Shown one piece after another: positions 47,133 to 57,310 of a stretch of DNA of 64,000 nt (within the stretch, counting starts at the first letter, position 1; every line of letters starts with the position of its first letter). The position numbers and the translations under genes were made by a program. Origin of the DNA: Sedimentisphaerales bacterium (lineage in GTDB: Bacteria; Planctomycetota; Phycisphaerae; Sedimentisphaerales; Anaerobacaceae); the NCBI GenBank assembly GCA_963708075.1, contig OY970194.1, positions 5,664,001-5,728,000 on the forward strand, in the 5' to 3' direction. Below the pieces are notes generated by a model. It worked only from the letters and a program-made list of their open reading frames with translations. It searched no databases and was not told the origin of the DNA.

Positions 47133-48947
47133 CTATGGAATATAGTTAAGCCATTCCTCGGCGAAGAAGGGAAGGCTCGGCCATCCCACTGCTCCTGACC
47201 CTTTCATATCTGCGCCCTCCCACCATTTGTTGATCCGTCCGAAGTCCGAGTCGCGTGTCAGAGAGGCGAGTTTAGAAGGGTTAACGAGGCCACCGGCATC
47301 CAGAATGGACTGGGCCGCGCGAGAGAGGGAAACCAAATCGCATGTCCCGATGCAGCCGTCTCCATCGATGTCGGCCAGGGCACGATAGTTGGCATCCTGC
47401 CGGCACGAGCCCAGCGCCTCGGCGACGGCTTTGATATCCTCCACGTCGCAGTCTCCATCCCAGTCCATGTCGCAGAGCCGGACTGGTAAGTGACCCATGA
47501 TCGTCGTCTGTCCCGGATTCAGAGGCATCGACGGAGACAGGGCCGTGAGCTGGTCGATGAGTGGTTGTCCGATTTGGTCTCCAAGAGCCAGGCCTGTGAT
47601 AAGGGGTGTCACGCTGAGGATTCCGGCGGACGTGGGGAGACACTCTTTCTTCAGTTGTGTCAGGTCGCACCAACATGTTGAGGCTTCAACGGGAGCTGTG
47701 CACCCCGGTGGATACTCGTGAAGGAACTGGATCACCGAGAACCGATTCGTCAGCACGTCATATCTTTCCAGCCAATGGTCGAGATACCTTGGGACGCCGT
47801 GGTCCTGGCCGAAGTCCCAGTTGTGCCACGTCGTCAGACAGAAGCGGTCGGGTTTGCCGTTATTATTATCGTCGGGGGCGTAGTACTCTGCATAGTTGCA
47901 TCCCTCTCCGAAGACCGCCTCACTGATCGGGTACCCCACCGGGTCGCCTGTCGGATAGTATCGCAATTCGTAGTGCGGGAATGGTTCGGCGACCCACCAA
48001 ACTTCCATCTGTTCACCCGAATCGGCTTCGATGGTTTCCCCCAGCTTGCCGGGCGGGCACGCAGAAGGACAGTCACACGAGGGGAAGTCGATGGGGTGCC
48101 ACGACCCATTGAGGCAGGGCGCCACAAGGTAGGCATTGGGATCGCACCGCGGAATGGTCGTGAATGGATCATAGTAAGCCCCCAAGTAGAGAGACATCTG
48201 GATAGGAGGGCCCATGTAGCTGCTGTACTCTTCGGACTCACTCGTCTTGCCGTTTGCGTCTGCGTCGATACCCACGGACAGCGTAACAGTATCACCGAAT
48301 TTGGCATCCACCACCGTGATCTCAAGGGGATTGGGACGGTTCACACGTAGCCTGGGTGGGCAGGCGGAGTAGTTAAGCTCGTATGCGAACGCATTCTTGC
48401 CGATAGTCAATGTCACCGTGAATGTGACCTCGGAACTCGCGTTCGCGCACTCCTCCAAACCCTCGGGAAGGGGTACGATCTTGTACGGGAGGGCAAACAA
48501 GACAGTGATCCGCTGGCCCCGCAGTAGTGGGTGAAAGGGAGTGAGCTCCCAGTGGAGCGTCCAAGTCCCGTCCACAGTGCATGAGAAACTGCCCTCCTGA
48601 TCATGGAGCTGCTCGGCACGACCCTGCAGAGCGACCCCCCACCTGAACAATTCCCCCCCAGAGAAGCATGGCATGCACAGATCAGTCCCGAGGGTAGCCT
48701 TGGCGGAATTGAGATAGTGGCCGTTAGCCTGCACTTCTCTTGCCACCAAGCCCGTCTCAATAGATGCCCACTCTTCCGCCTTCTCATCCGTCTTCGAAGC
48801 TTCAGAGACCTTTGCGGTTATCTTGCCTGAAGATGTGGAATTGCCGTAGTCAAACTCGAGTGGCACCCATATCACCAGTTGTGCCCTCAGAGAACCGGAC
48901 CAGACAAGCAACAACCCACAAATCAGCACTTGCAGCGATGTCTTCAT
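47133..48947 (-). CDS. Secreted Cys-rich hypothetical protein with C-terminal dockerin-like repeats
   Basis: RBS AGGAGG; signal MKTSLQVLICGLLLVWSGSLRA; DMDWDGDCDVED, ADIDGDGCIGTCD, ...FAEEWL. Confidence 0.75.
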   Translation of the reverse strand: MKTSLQVLICGLLLVWSGSLRAQLVIWVPLEFDYGNSTSSGKITAKVSEASKTDEKAEEWASIETGLVAREVQANGHYLNSAKATLGTDLCMPCFSGGELFRWGVALQGRAEQLHDQEGSFSCTVDGTWTLHWELTPFHPLLRGQRITVLFALPYKIVPLPEGLEECANASSEVTFTVTLTIGKNAFAYELNYSACPPRLRVNRPNPLEITVVDAKFGDTVTLSVGIDADANGKTSESEEYSSYMGPPIQMSLYLGAYYDPFTTIPRCDPNAYLVAPCLNGSWHPIDFPSCDCPSACPPGKLGETIEADSGEQMEVWWVAEPFPHYELRYYPTGDPVGYPISEAVFGEGCNYAEYYAPDDNNNGKPDRFCLTTWHNWDFGQDHGVPRYLDHWLERYDVLTNRFSVIQFLHEYPPGCTAPVEASTCWCDLTQLKKECLPTSAGILSVTPLITGLALGDQIGQPLIDQLTALSPSMPLNPGQTTIMGHLPVRLCDMDWDGDCDVEDIKAVAEALGSCRQDANYRALADIDGDGCIGTCDLVSLSRAAQSILDAGGLVNPSKLASLTRDSDFGRINKWWEGADMKGSGAVGWPSLPFFAEEWLNYIP

Positions 48948-49153
48948 GCCGATGCCTCCTTCGGTTCCCCGGCGTTCTATGTCCTTCGTGATGAAAGTCT
49001 GGTCTGCTCGTGAATCCCTGCCGTGTAAAACAAGATTACTGTAACAGCCACGGCGTGTTGTTGTCAACGGCTTTTCGCATTGTGTCAGAGGTTGAGCGCT
49101 GCGGTAGGTAGAGAACCATTGCGGCGCAGGGCCCGGCCGATATACTCGCGGGG

Positions 49154-50101
49154 ATGTTGAACAGCTTGTTGGCTTTTTACACGCGGTGGTTTGCCCTGTG
49201 GGTGGTGCTTGGGGGTCTTGCGGCGTATTTCTGGCCGGGGCCGTTGGCCTCCCTGGATCGCCGCTCGGTGAACGCTGTGTTTGCCTTGACGATGTTCGGC
49301 ATCGGCGCCGTCCTGCAGGCGGAGGATTTCCGGCGAATCATCCAGCGTCCGGCTATCGTTCTGATCGGCACCATCACGCAGTACAGCCTGATGCCTTTGA
49401 CGGCCTACGCTATCGCTACTGCCTTTAACCTCGATCCGCAGATCACCGTCGGCCTGATTCTGACGGCCTCTGCCCCCGGCGCTATGTCGAGCAGCGTCGT
49501 CAGCTACATTGCCAAGGCGGATCTTGCCTATTCGGTCTCTCTCACGACCGTCTCGACCCTGATCGCTCCACTGGCGACTCCCGGCCTGACGTACCTCCTT
49601 GCGAGATCGGTACTTGAAGTGCCGGTCCTCGACATGCTGATTGAGGTGGTATTGCTGGTGATCGTGCCGCTATTGGTCGGGTTCGCGGTACGGCACTTCT
49701 TCGCCACGAAGGTGGAGAAGATCTCCGCAGTTTTCCCGGCGATTTCGGTGACGTTCATCGTGCTGGTCTGTTCTCGCACGATTGCCGCCAACAGGGACAG
49801 CCTGCTGGGCGTGACCGGGATGCTTCTGGCGATCGGTGTGCTCATGAACGTCATCGGGCTGGTCGGCGGTTATCTGATCGCATGGGTCTCTCGCATGAAT
49901 GTGGCGCAGAGACGGTCCCTGGCAATTGAAGGCGGCATGCAGAACGCCGGCCTCGGGGCGGTCCTGGCATCGGAGCATTTCAGCGACAGGGCCGCCATGC
50001 CCGCCGCGATCTTTGTATTCATCTGCATCATCACGGCCTCCCTCCTGGCCGCCTGGTGGCAGCGACACCTCCCCCAGCCGGCACTGGCAGCGGAAAATTA
50101 A
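49154..50101 (+). CDS. Bile acid:sodium symporter (BASS) family transporter
   Basis: MFGIG, QYSLMP, APGAMSS, IEGGMQNAGL. Confidence 0.92.
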   Translation: MLNSLLAFYTRWFALWVVLGGLAAYFWPGPLASLDRRSVNAVFALTMFGIGAVLQAEDFRRIIQRPAIVLIGTITQYSLMPLTAYAIATAFNLDPQITVGLILTASAPGAMSSSVVSYIAKADLAYSVSLTTVSTLIAPLATPGLTYLLARSVLEVPVLDMLIEVVLLVIVPLLVGFAVRHFFATKVEKISAVFPAISVTFIVLVCSRTIAANRDSLLGVTGMLLAIGVLMNVIGLVGGYLIAWVSRMNVAQRRSLAIEGGMQNAGLGAVLASEHFSDRAAMPAAIFVFICIITASLLAAWWQRHLPQPALAAEN

Positions 50102-50251
50102 ATAACAGTTATTAGCGAACAGCTCTTGCATTTTGCCGATAAAACCGCTATTCTGCGGGATTCTATAAGTTCCGGCGGCAAAATCCCTGCACGGCAGCCA
50201 TCGGTTTGGTTGCACCTGCATTTCGCCGGGTGTTGTGAGGAGTCACTGGAT

Positions 50252-51250
50252 ATGGCACCGAATGTAGCAGTTGTGGGAGTGACCGGCGCGGTCGGTCAGG
50301 AATTCTTATCCATTCTCGAAGAACGGAAGTTCCCGTTCAAGACGCTGCGAGTGCTGGCGAGCAGCCGGTCTGCGGGAAAGAAGGTCCCCTTCAAGGGCAA
50401 GGAATATACGATCGAGGAGCTGGCGCAGGACAGCTTCAAGGGCATCGATATCGCTCTGTTCAGCGCTGGCGCATCGCGGAGCCGCGAGTTCGCATCGGCG
50501 GCGGTGAAGGCCGGGGCGGTCGTCGTGGATAATTCCTCGGCGTTCCGCATGGACCCCCAGGTCCCGCTCGTCATCCCCGAGATCAACCCGCAGAAGATCA
50601 AGGAGCACAAGGGGATCATCGCCAACCCCAACTGCTCCACGATCATCGGCATCGTGCCGATCTGGCCGCTGCACAAGATCAATCCGGTCAAGAGGATGGT
50701 CGTGAGCACGTACCAGGCGGCCAGCGGGGCCGGTATGTCCGCGATGCTGGAGCTCGAAAGCCAGAGCCGCGAGATCCTCGCCGGAAAGCCGCCGACCAAG
50801 AATGTGTTCCCGCACCAGATCGCGTTCAACTGCTTCAGTCACAACTCCGCGCTGGGCCCCAACGGGTACAACGAGGAAGAGACGAAGCTGGTGAAAGAGA
50901 CTCGCAAGATTTTCGATTGCCCGGAGATCGCGATCACGGCGACCTGCGTTCGTATCGCCGTGATGCGGGCGCATTGCGAGAGCATCAACCTCGAATTCAC
51001 GAACCCGATTACGCCGGACCAGGTCCGCGAGATCCTCAAGAAGGCGCCGGGCGTCACGGTCCTCGACGACCGTGAGCACAACCGCTTCCCGATGCCGATC
51101 GACGCCACCGGCAAGGACGACGTCTTCGTCGGGCGAATTCGCCAGGACGAGTCTCTGCCGAACAATCGCGGAATCAACCTCTGGGTCTCCGGCGACCAGT
51201 TGCGCAAGGGCGCCGCCCTGAACGCGATCCAGATCGCCGAGCTGTTGTAG
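50252..51250 (+). CDS. asd: Aspartate-semialdehyde dehydrogenase
   Basis: VVGVTGAVG, DNSSAFRM, IANPNCST, STYQAASGAG, DQLRKGAALNA. Confidence 0.97.
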   Translation: MAPNVAVVGVTGAVGQEFLSILEERKFPFKTLRVLASSRSAGKKVPFKGKEYTIEELAQDSFKGIDIALFSAGASRSREFASAAVKAGAVVVDNSSAFRMDPQVPLVIPEINPQKIKEHKGIIANPNCSTIIGIVPIWPLHKINPVKRMVVSTYQAASGAGMSAMLELESQSREILAGKPPTKNVFPHQIAFNCFSHNSALGPNGYNEEETKLVKETRKIFDCPEIAITATCVRIAVMRAHCESINLEFTNPITPDQVREILKKAPGVTVLDDREHNRFPMPIDATGKDDVFVGRIRQDESLPNNRGINLWVSGDQLRKGAALNAIQIAELL

Positions 51251-51350
51251 GCGGGCCGCGTGCGACGCAAATCCTTGCGTCATAGGTTTGTACTTTGGAG
51301 CCGCTCAGCGTATCATCCTGAGCGGCTCTGTTATTTGCAGGTTTCGTGGA

Positions 51351-52103
51351 ATGGCTCTTCGCAATGTCAAACTGACGATCGCGTACGACGGCAGCGATTA
51401 TCACGGCTGGCAAATCCAGCCGGACTGTCGGACCGTCCAGGAGGTGCTGAGGGATGCGCTGCGCAGCCTGCTGGGTCCGAGGGCCAGAATCTGCGGAGCC
51501 AGCCGCACCGATGCGGGCGTCAGTGCCCTCGGCCAGGTCGGCCTGATCCAGATCGATTCGCCCATCCCCACAGAGAACCTGGCCAAGGCAATCACCGACC
51601 GGCTGCCCGAGGACATGGCCATTGTCAAAGCGGAAGAGGTCCCGATGGGCTTCGACGTTATCGGGGACGTCACGAGCAAACAGTACCGCTACACGATCTT
51701 CTCCGGCCCCGTTCGCCCAGTGTTGCACATCAGGCATTGCTGGTATGTGCCCGCCGAGCTTGATGTGCCGGCGATGAATGAAGCCGCCGGGCTGCTGGTG
51801 GGTAGGAAGGATTTCAAATCGTTTGCCGCTGCCGCCGATCACAGGGAGGATTCTGTTCGTACAGTCTTCCGTTGCGATGTGACGGCCCAGCCGGCGGATG
51901 ATGGACGCTGGATATACGTCCACGCCGAGGGCGACGGCTTCCTCTATAACATGGTCCGCAACATCGTCGGCACGCTCGTGGAAGTCGGCGTCGGCCGCTG
52001 GAAGCCCGACAAGATTCCGGAAATCCTGGAAGCCCGGGACCGTCGAGCCGCCGGTCCCATCGCTCCCCCCAACGGCCTGTGCCTGATGTGGATCAAATAC
52101 TGA
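51351..52103 (+). CDS. truA: tRNA pseudouridine(38-40) synthase
   Basis: AYDGSDYHGWQ, ASRTDAGV, GFLYNMVRNIVG, APPNGL. Confidence 0.96.
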   Translation: MALRNVKLTIAYDGSDYHGWQIQPDCRTVQEVLRDALRSLLGPRARICGASRTDAGVSALGQVGLIQIDSPIPTENLAKAITDRLPEDMAIVKAEEVPMGFDVIGDVTSKQYRYTIFSGPVRPVLHIRHCWYVPAELDVPAMNEAAGLLVGRKDFKSFAAAADHREDSVRTVFRCDVTAQPADDGRWIYVHAEGDGFLYNMVRNIVGTLVEVGVGRWKPDKIPEILEARDRRAAGPIAPPNGLCLMWIKY

Positions 52104-52124
52104 TGCCGACCGGTCGGGCACGCA

Positions 52125-52219
52125 TCCGGGTGGCAGCGTCAAGCGCAGCTTGGCGATGGTCTTCCTGGGGTGCGGTGCAGCCATTGCCAAGACCTTCGGT
52201 CTTGACGCTGCCACCCGGA
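52125..52219. repeat. REP/MITE-like nested palindrome, copy 2
   Basis: TCCGGGTGGCAGCGTCAAG...CTTGACGCTGCCACCCGGA with inner stem CTTGGCGATGG/CCATTGCCAAG. Confidence 0.8.
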
Positions 52220-52254
52220 GCCCAATGATCTGTGGTTGAAGGAGAATAGTACAC

Positions 52255-53508
52255 GTGCTGGTTGAACGGGATCATATTGGCATCTTCGGCAAGATGAACT
52301 GCGGCAAGAGCAGCATTATGAATCTGCTGACGCAGCAGGAGACGTCCATTGTCGATCCGACGCCGGGGACGACGGCGGATACGAAGATCGCCCTGCAGGA
52401 AATCCACGGCATGGGACCGGTCAAGCTGTTCGATACCGCCGGACTCGATGAAGGCAGCGGCCTGGGACAGAAGAAGCGGGCGAAGGTTCTTGCTGATCTG
52501 AAGGAGTGCGACCTTGTCCTGCTGGTCATCGACCCGGACACGCAGGACTTCGCAGCAGAGAGTGAGATCCTTGCAAACGCCCGCGAGCTGGATAAGCAAA
52601 TCCTGGTGATCTATAACCTGTTCACGCCGTCGAGCGGGCAGCGAATTTCGCTTGTCGAGCAGCGCATCCCGCTGCTGCGATTTCATAAGAAGATCAGCCT
52701 TGCCGCCGTCGATGCAAGCTATCGCCAGCCGCTGCTCGATTTCATACTCGCCAATCTCGTCTCGAAGAACTTCAAGATGGAGTTGCTGCCGTTCGTGCAG
52801 CCGGACGAGTTTTACGTGCTGAATATTCCGATGGACGCAGAGACTCCGCCGGGCAGATACCTGCGGCCGCAGGCGATGGCGGAGGAGTACATCTGCCGCC
52901 GGTGGGCGTATCCCGTCTCATACAGGATGGACCTGGGCAAGGCCCGTAGCGGCGACTCGGGCGAGCGCCGACGATTCGATATCTTCCTGGCTCAGTTCGG
53001 CCGGCGGCCCAAGGCGATCATTACCGATTCGCAGGCGATGGACCTGATGTACACGTGGACGCCGGAGGACATGATGCTGACCACGTTCTCCATCATGATG
53101 ATCAACTATGGCAGCCGCGGCCGGCTCGCCGCCTTTGCCGAGGGGATCAGGGCCCTCGATACGCTCAAGGCCGGCGACAAAGTTCTGATCACGGAGGCGT
53201 GCAACCATTCGCGGATCGCCGAAGATATCGGCACGGTGCAGATTCCGAACTACATTCAGCGTCGCTGGCCCGGCGTGGCCATCGAGCACAACTTCGGCCG
53301 CGAATTCCAGGAGAATGATCGGCTTGCCTCCTACAAGCTCGTCATCCACTGCGGCGGCTGCATGATCAGCCCCCAGAAGCTGCTCGCCCGCCTCCGCGAT
53401 CTCGACTCCACCGGCGTGCCCTACACCAACTATGGCATCTTCCTCGCTGCCATACAGGGCCCAGAAGCCCTTCGCCGGGTCCTGCGACCCTGGGGCATTG
53501 GAGATTGA
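52255..53508 (+). CDS. hydF: [FeFe]-hydrogenase maturation GTPase HydF-like protein
   Basis: HIGIFGKMNCGKSS, PGTT, DTAG, ITDSQA, LTTFSI, EACNH, IHCGGCM, TNYG. Confidence 0.85.
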   Translation: MLVERDHIGIFGKMNCGKSSIMNLLTQQETSIVDPTPGTTADTKIALQEIHGMGPVKLFDTAGLDEGSGLGQKKRAKVLADLKECDLVLLVIDPDTQDFAAESEILANARELDKQILVIYNLFTPSSGQRISLVEQRIPLLRFHKKISLAAVDASYRQPLLDFILANLVSKNFKMELLPFVQPDEFYVLNIPMDAETPPGRYLRPQAMAEEYICRRWAYPVSYRMDLGKARSGDSGERRRFDIFLAQFGRRPKAIITDSQAMDLMYTWTPEDMMLTTFSIMMINYGSRGRLAAFAEGIRALDTLKAGDKVLITEACNHSRIAEDIGTVQIPNYIQRRWPGVAIEHNFGREFQENDRLASYKLVIHCGGCMISPQKLLARLRDLDSTGVPYTNYGIFLAAIQGPEALRRVLRPWGIGD

Positions 53509-53591
53509 CGATTTACGATTTACGATTTACGATTTGTGCCAAGGCCCTGGGTCTGATAGGTCCTATGGGTCCCATTTGTCCTATAGGTCCA
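53503..53591. repeat. Intergenic short tandem repeats: 7-mers (GATTTAC) followed by 9-mers (ATAGGTCCT-like)
   Basis: GATTGAC, GATTTAC x3, GATTT; then ATAGGTCCT ATGGGTCCC ATTTGTCCT ATAGGTCCA. Confidence 0.85.
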
Positions 53592-53597
53592 TAATCC

Positions 53598-54770
53598 ATG
53601 AAAATCGTCCACATCATAACGCGACTGATCCTGGGCGGGGCCCAGGAAAATACACTGATCACATGCAAGCTCCTGGCCGAGCGCGGTCATGAGGTCACGC
53701 TGATCACCGGCCCGGCCATCGGTCCTGAGGGCCAGCTTTTCGATCAGACCAAGGGCCAGAAGTACCAGACCGTCGTGGTTGACGAGATGTGCCGCGCCAT
53801 CAATCCCGCGAAGGACTACGTCTGCTACGGCCGGCTCAAGGAATTGTTGCGCGAGCTCAAGCCGGACATCGTACACACGCACAGCGCCAAGGCCGGCATT
53901 CTCGGCCGATATGCCGCCTGGTCGCTCAAAGGCCAGTGGGCGCCGGATCGCCCGGGCGTCGTGCATACCCTGCATGGGCTGTCCTTCCATCCCTATCAGG
54001 GGCCCTGGGTCAATCGCCTCTACATCGCCGTTGAGAAGGCCGCCGGCAAGCGAACCGACTACTTCATCAGCGTCGCTGACGCGATGACGGAGCAGAACAA
54101 GGCCGAAGGCATCGGTGTGGACAAACCCTACGTCACCGCGTATTCCGCCATCGACGAGGAGCTGTTCCTCGCCCCCATTCCGGAGGAGAAGCGAAAGGGA
54201 TTTCGTCACAAGCACGGCATCCCTGAGGACGCCATCGTCCTGGTGACGATCGCGCGCCTGTTCGAGCTCAAGGGCCACGAGTACGTCATCGAGTCGGCCC
54301 GGCGGCTCTCCAAGCGTTTCGGCAACGTGATCTGGCTGTTCGTCGGCGACGGCAATCGAGCGGATGACTACAAGGAGCAGATCCGCAATCTCGGGCTGAC
54401 GGAGCGCTTTCGCTTCACGGGCCTGATGCCGCCCGACCAGATTCCGCTGGCGATCCAGTCTTCCGACATCCTCGTGCACTGTTCGCTTCGCGAGGGCCTG
54501 GCCCGCACGCTGCCGCAGGCGATGCTCTGCGGCCGGCCCGCCATCTCCTTCGACGTCGACGGCGCCTGCGAGGTGGTCAACGACAACACCGGCAGACTCG
54601 TCGAGCCGAAGGATGTCAACCAGCTCATCGATGCCTGCGCCGAGTTGATCCAGGACAAAGCCCTGCGTGAGAAGCTCGGCCACACCGCCCGCGAATCCGT
54701 CAAAACCAAATTCGCCCCCGACACCATGGTCGATGCCATCGAGGAAGTCTATAGGAAGCTGCTCGCCTGA
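53598..54770 (+). CDS. Glycosyltransferase family 4
   Basis: HIITRLILGGAQ, HTHSAKAG, ARLFELKGH, SLREGLARTLPQAM. Confidence 0.93.
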   Translation: MKIVHIITRLILGGAQENTLITCKLLAERGHEVTLITGPAIGPEGQLFDQTKGQKYQTVVVDEMCRAINPAKDYVCYGRLKELLRELKPDIVHTHSAKAGILGRYAAWSLKGQWAPDRPGVVHTLHGLSFHPYQGPWVNRLYIAVEKAAGKRTDYFISVADAMTEQNKAEGIGVDKPYVTAYSAIDEELFLAPIPEEKRKGFRHKHGIPEDAIVLVTIARLFELKGHEYVIESARRLSKRFGNVIWLFVGDGNRADDYKEQIRNLGLTERFRFTGLMPPDQIPLAIQSSDILVHCSLREGLARTLPQAMLCGRPAISFDVDGACEVVNDNTGRLVEPKDVNQLIDACAELIQDKALREKLGHTARESVKTKFAPDTMVDAIEEVYRKLLA

Positions 54771-54782
54771 TTACTCGGCGGC

Positions 54783-55913
54783 CTATTCGATCACGTGAAT
54801 GTTCTTCTTCCGGCACATGTCCTTGAGGACTTTGGGCCAGACTGTTGCGCTGACTTCGCCGAGATGGGCCTTCTTGAGAATCGACATGAAGGTGCGAGAC
54901 TGGCCGATGCCGCCGCCGATGCTCAGCGGAATGTGGTCGTTGAGGATCGCCTGGTGATAGGGGAGCTTCAGGAAATCCAATTGCTTGCAGATCTCCAGTT
55001 GCTTCTTGAGGGAGTCGGCGGTGACACGGATACCCATGGAGGTGAGCTCGTGCCGGCGCTTTGTCACCGGGTTCCAGACGAGAATGTCGCCATTGAGCCC
55101 GTGCAGCATTTGGCCGTCATTGCGGGTTGTCTCCGTGACCCAATCGTCGTAGTCGGCGGCACGCATCTCGTGAGGATAGCCGTCGCGGAGCACCCAGCCG
55201 ATGCCGATAATGAATACGGCCGGGAATTCCTGGACGATCTTCGTCTCCCGCTGCTTGCGGGGCAGGTCGGGGTACTTGTCGAGGATCTCTTCCGCGTGCA
55301 GGAATGTGAGCTCCTCCGGCAGGTCCGGGTATTTGTCTGTCTTCAACTGCGGGAAGAGCTGCTGGACGTGCGTTTCCGCGCCCTTGATCACCTTCCAGAT
55401 CTTTCGCACGACCTCTTTGAGGAACGTGAGATTGCGCTGGTCCTTCGTGATGGCCAGCTCCCAGTCCCACTGGTCCACGTAGGCGCTGTGGTCGTGGTCG
55501 AGAAAGTAGTCCTTGCGGACGGCCCGCATGTCCGTGAGCAGGCCCTCGCCGGGTTGCATGCCGAACTGCCTCAGGGCCATGCGTTTCCACTTTGTGGCGG
55601 CCTGGACGACCTCGGCGTCGACGGGATTCTTGCCGCGGTCGTTGGTGATGTGGAACCGGACGGGCGTCCGCGAGCCGTCGCGGTCGAGGTAGTCATTGAC
55701 GCCGCTGCTGATGTCCACGATCAGCGGGACGGTGACACGAATGAGATTCAGCGCCTTGCACAGGTTCTGTTCGATGTAGTCCTTGACGGCGTAGGTGGCA
55801 ATCTGCGTCTCCCTGGGCGACAGGAGCGAGCGGTAGTCGTGAGGGAGGATGTTTTCGAGTTCGGCGTAGTCGCCGATTCCAGGACCCGCCAAGTCAGCTT
55901 TCTTGTCCAGCAT
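54783..55913 (-). CDS. asnA: Aspartate--ammonia ligase
   Basis: VVQAATKWKR, HSAYVDQWDWE, RAADYDDW, LNGDILVW, SMGIRV, SIGGGIGQSR. Confidence 0.95.
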   Translation of the reverse strand: MLDKKADLAGPGIGDYAELENILPHDYRSLLSPRETQIATYAVKDYIEQNLCKALNLIRVTVPLIVDISSGVNDYLDRDGSRTPVRFHITNDRGKNPVDAEVVQAATKWKRMALRQFGMQPGEGLLTDMRAVRKDYFLDHDHSAYVDQWDWELAITKDQRNLTFLKEVVRKIWKVIKGAETHVQQLFPQLKTDKYPDLPEELTFLHAEEILDKYPDLPRKQRETKIVQEFPAVFIIGIGWVLRDGYPHEMRAADYDDWVTETTRNDGQMLHGLNGDILVWNPVTKRRHELTSMGIRVTADSLKKQLEICKQLDFLKLPYHQAILNDHIPLSIGGGIGQSRTFMSILKKAHLGEVSATVWPKVLKDMCRKKNIHVIE

Positions 55914-56044
55914 TGGGCATCTCCTAAGACCTGTGACAGATTTCTGCAACGCGGCACACTCAGGGAAATCGTATCGCACGGGCGCACGATGTCAAGAATA
56001 GAATGGGGTTTGTCACGCGGTTCCGGACAGTCGCAGCCGACAGT

Positions 56045-57310
56045 CTATGCGAATTCCACCGGATAGGCCGAGGGATTCCGGACGGCTTTTACCGCGTCGG
56101 GCAGATGGGCCAGTTCGTTCGCGAGTCGCTGCTCGATCACAGGCGTCGGCTCGGCGGATTCGAAGGGTCTCAGCAGGTCGTCGGCGTTTGCTCGAAAAGG
56201 GAAGACGACATCTTTTTCGTAGACTCTGTCGCCGATTCGCGTGACGGTCTTGCGGCCGGGGAGGGTGGCTTTGTCGGGCGAAGTCTTGTGCAGTGGCCTG
56301 TCGCCATACTGGGCGATCTTGTACACGATGCCGATAGCGGGGGCGTGCTGGGAGACGGTGAAGCGCGTTCCGACCCCGAAGCCGTCGATCTCAGCGCCGG
56401 CGGCCAGCAGGTCGGCGATCCGGAATTCGTCGAGGTCGCCGCTGGCGAAGATCTTCAGGGACTCCAATCCCTCCTTTTTGAAGCGCTCTCGGGCGAATTT
56501 GCTCAGGTCGAGCAAGTCCCCGCTGTCAAGCCGGATACCGCGTATCTTGATGCCTCTGCCGGCGAAGTCCCTGGCCACGCGGGCGGCGGTCATGATTCCT
56601 TCGTGGCTGTCGTAGGTATCGACTAACAGGATGGTCCTTTCGCCGTAGATCCCGGCGAAGTCGCGGAAGGCCTGTTCCTCGGATTCGTGCGCCTCGATGA
56701 ACGAGTGTGCCATCGTGCCGGACGGAGGCATCGAGAGGAGCCTGGCGGCAAAGAGGTTGCTCGTGGCGGAGAATCCTGCGATCTGGCCGCCGCGGGCGGC
56801 CCGAATTGCAGAGATCGGGCCCTGGCAGCGACGTAACCCGAAATCGATCACGGGCAGACCCCTGGCGGCAAGCATGAGCCTGGCGCCCAATGCCGCCTCG
56901 ATGATGGAGAAGCCCAGGATGTTCAGGATGTAGGTTTCAAGCAGTTGCGCGTGAAGGATGGGACCGCTCACCTCCATGATCGGCTCGTTCGCGAAGAAGA
57001 CCGTGCCCTCCGGCAGAGCCCGGACGTTCACATCCAGCTCGAGAGCCGAGAGGTATTCCAGGAAGTCGCTTGCGAATATCTCCGTGGAGCGCAGGTAGTC
57101 GATGTCCTCGGCGCCGAAGCGGAACTCTCGCAGATAGCTCTCCACCTCCGGCAGGCCGGCCATGACGAAGAATCCCCAATGCTCGGGAAGGTGCCGGACG
57201 AAGACCTCGAAGTACGCGGTCTCATTCATGGCCTTGCGGAAGTAGGCCTGCGCCATTGTCAACTCGTAGAGGTCTGTAAACAGCGCGGGCGTCGTTTTGA
57301 TCAGCCACAT
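56045..57310 (-). CDS. pncB: Nicotinate phosphoribosyltransferase
   Basis: LFTDLYELTM, DFGLRR, GTMAHS, LVDTY, IRLDSGD, FGVGT, TLPGRK. Confidence 0.95.
   Translation of the reverse strand: MWLIKTTPALFTDLYELTMAQAYFRKAMNETAYFEVFVRHLPEHWGFFVMAGLPEVESYLREFRFGAEDIDYLRSTEIFASDFLEYLSALELDVNVRALPEGTVFFANEPIMEVSGPILHAQLLETYILNILGFSIIEAALGARLMLAARGLPVIDFGLRRCQGPISAIRAARGGQIAGFSATSNLFAARLLSMPPSGTMAHSFIEAHESEEQAFRDFAGIYGERTILLVDTYDSHEGIMTAARVARDFAGRGIKIRGIRLDSGDLLDLSKFARERFKKEGLESLKIFASGDLDEFRIADLLAAGAEIDGFGVGTRFTVSQHAPAIGIVYKIAQYGDRPLHKTSPDKATLPGRKTVTRIGDRVYEKDVVFPFRANADDLLRPFESAEPTPVIEQRLANELAHLPDAVKAVRNPSAYPVEFA

Noticed and set aside
53503..53591. CRISPR array
   Set aside because: Units are 7-9 bp with no spacers, and there are no cas genes.
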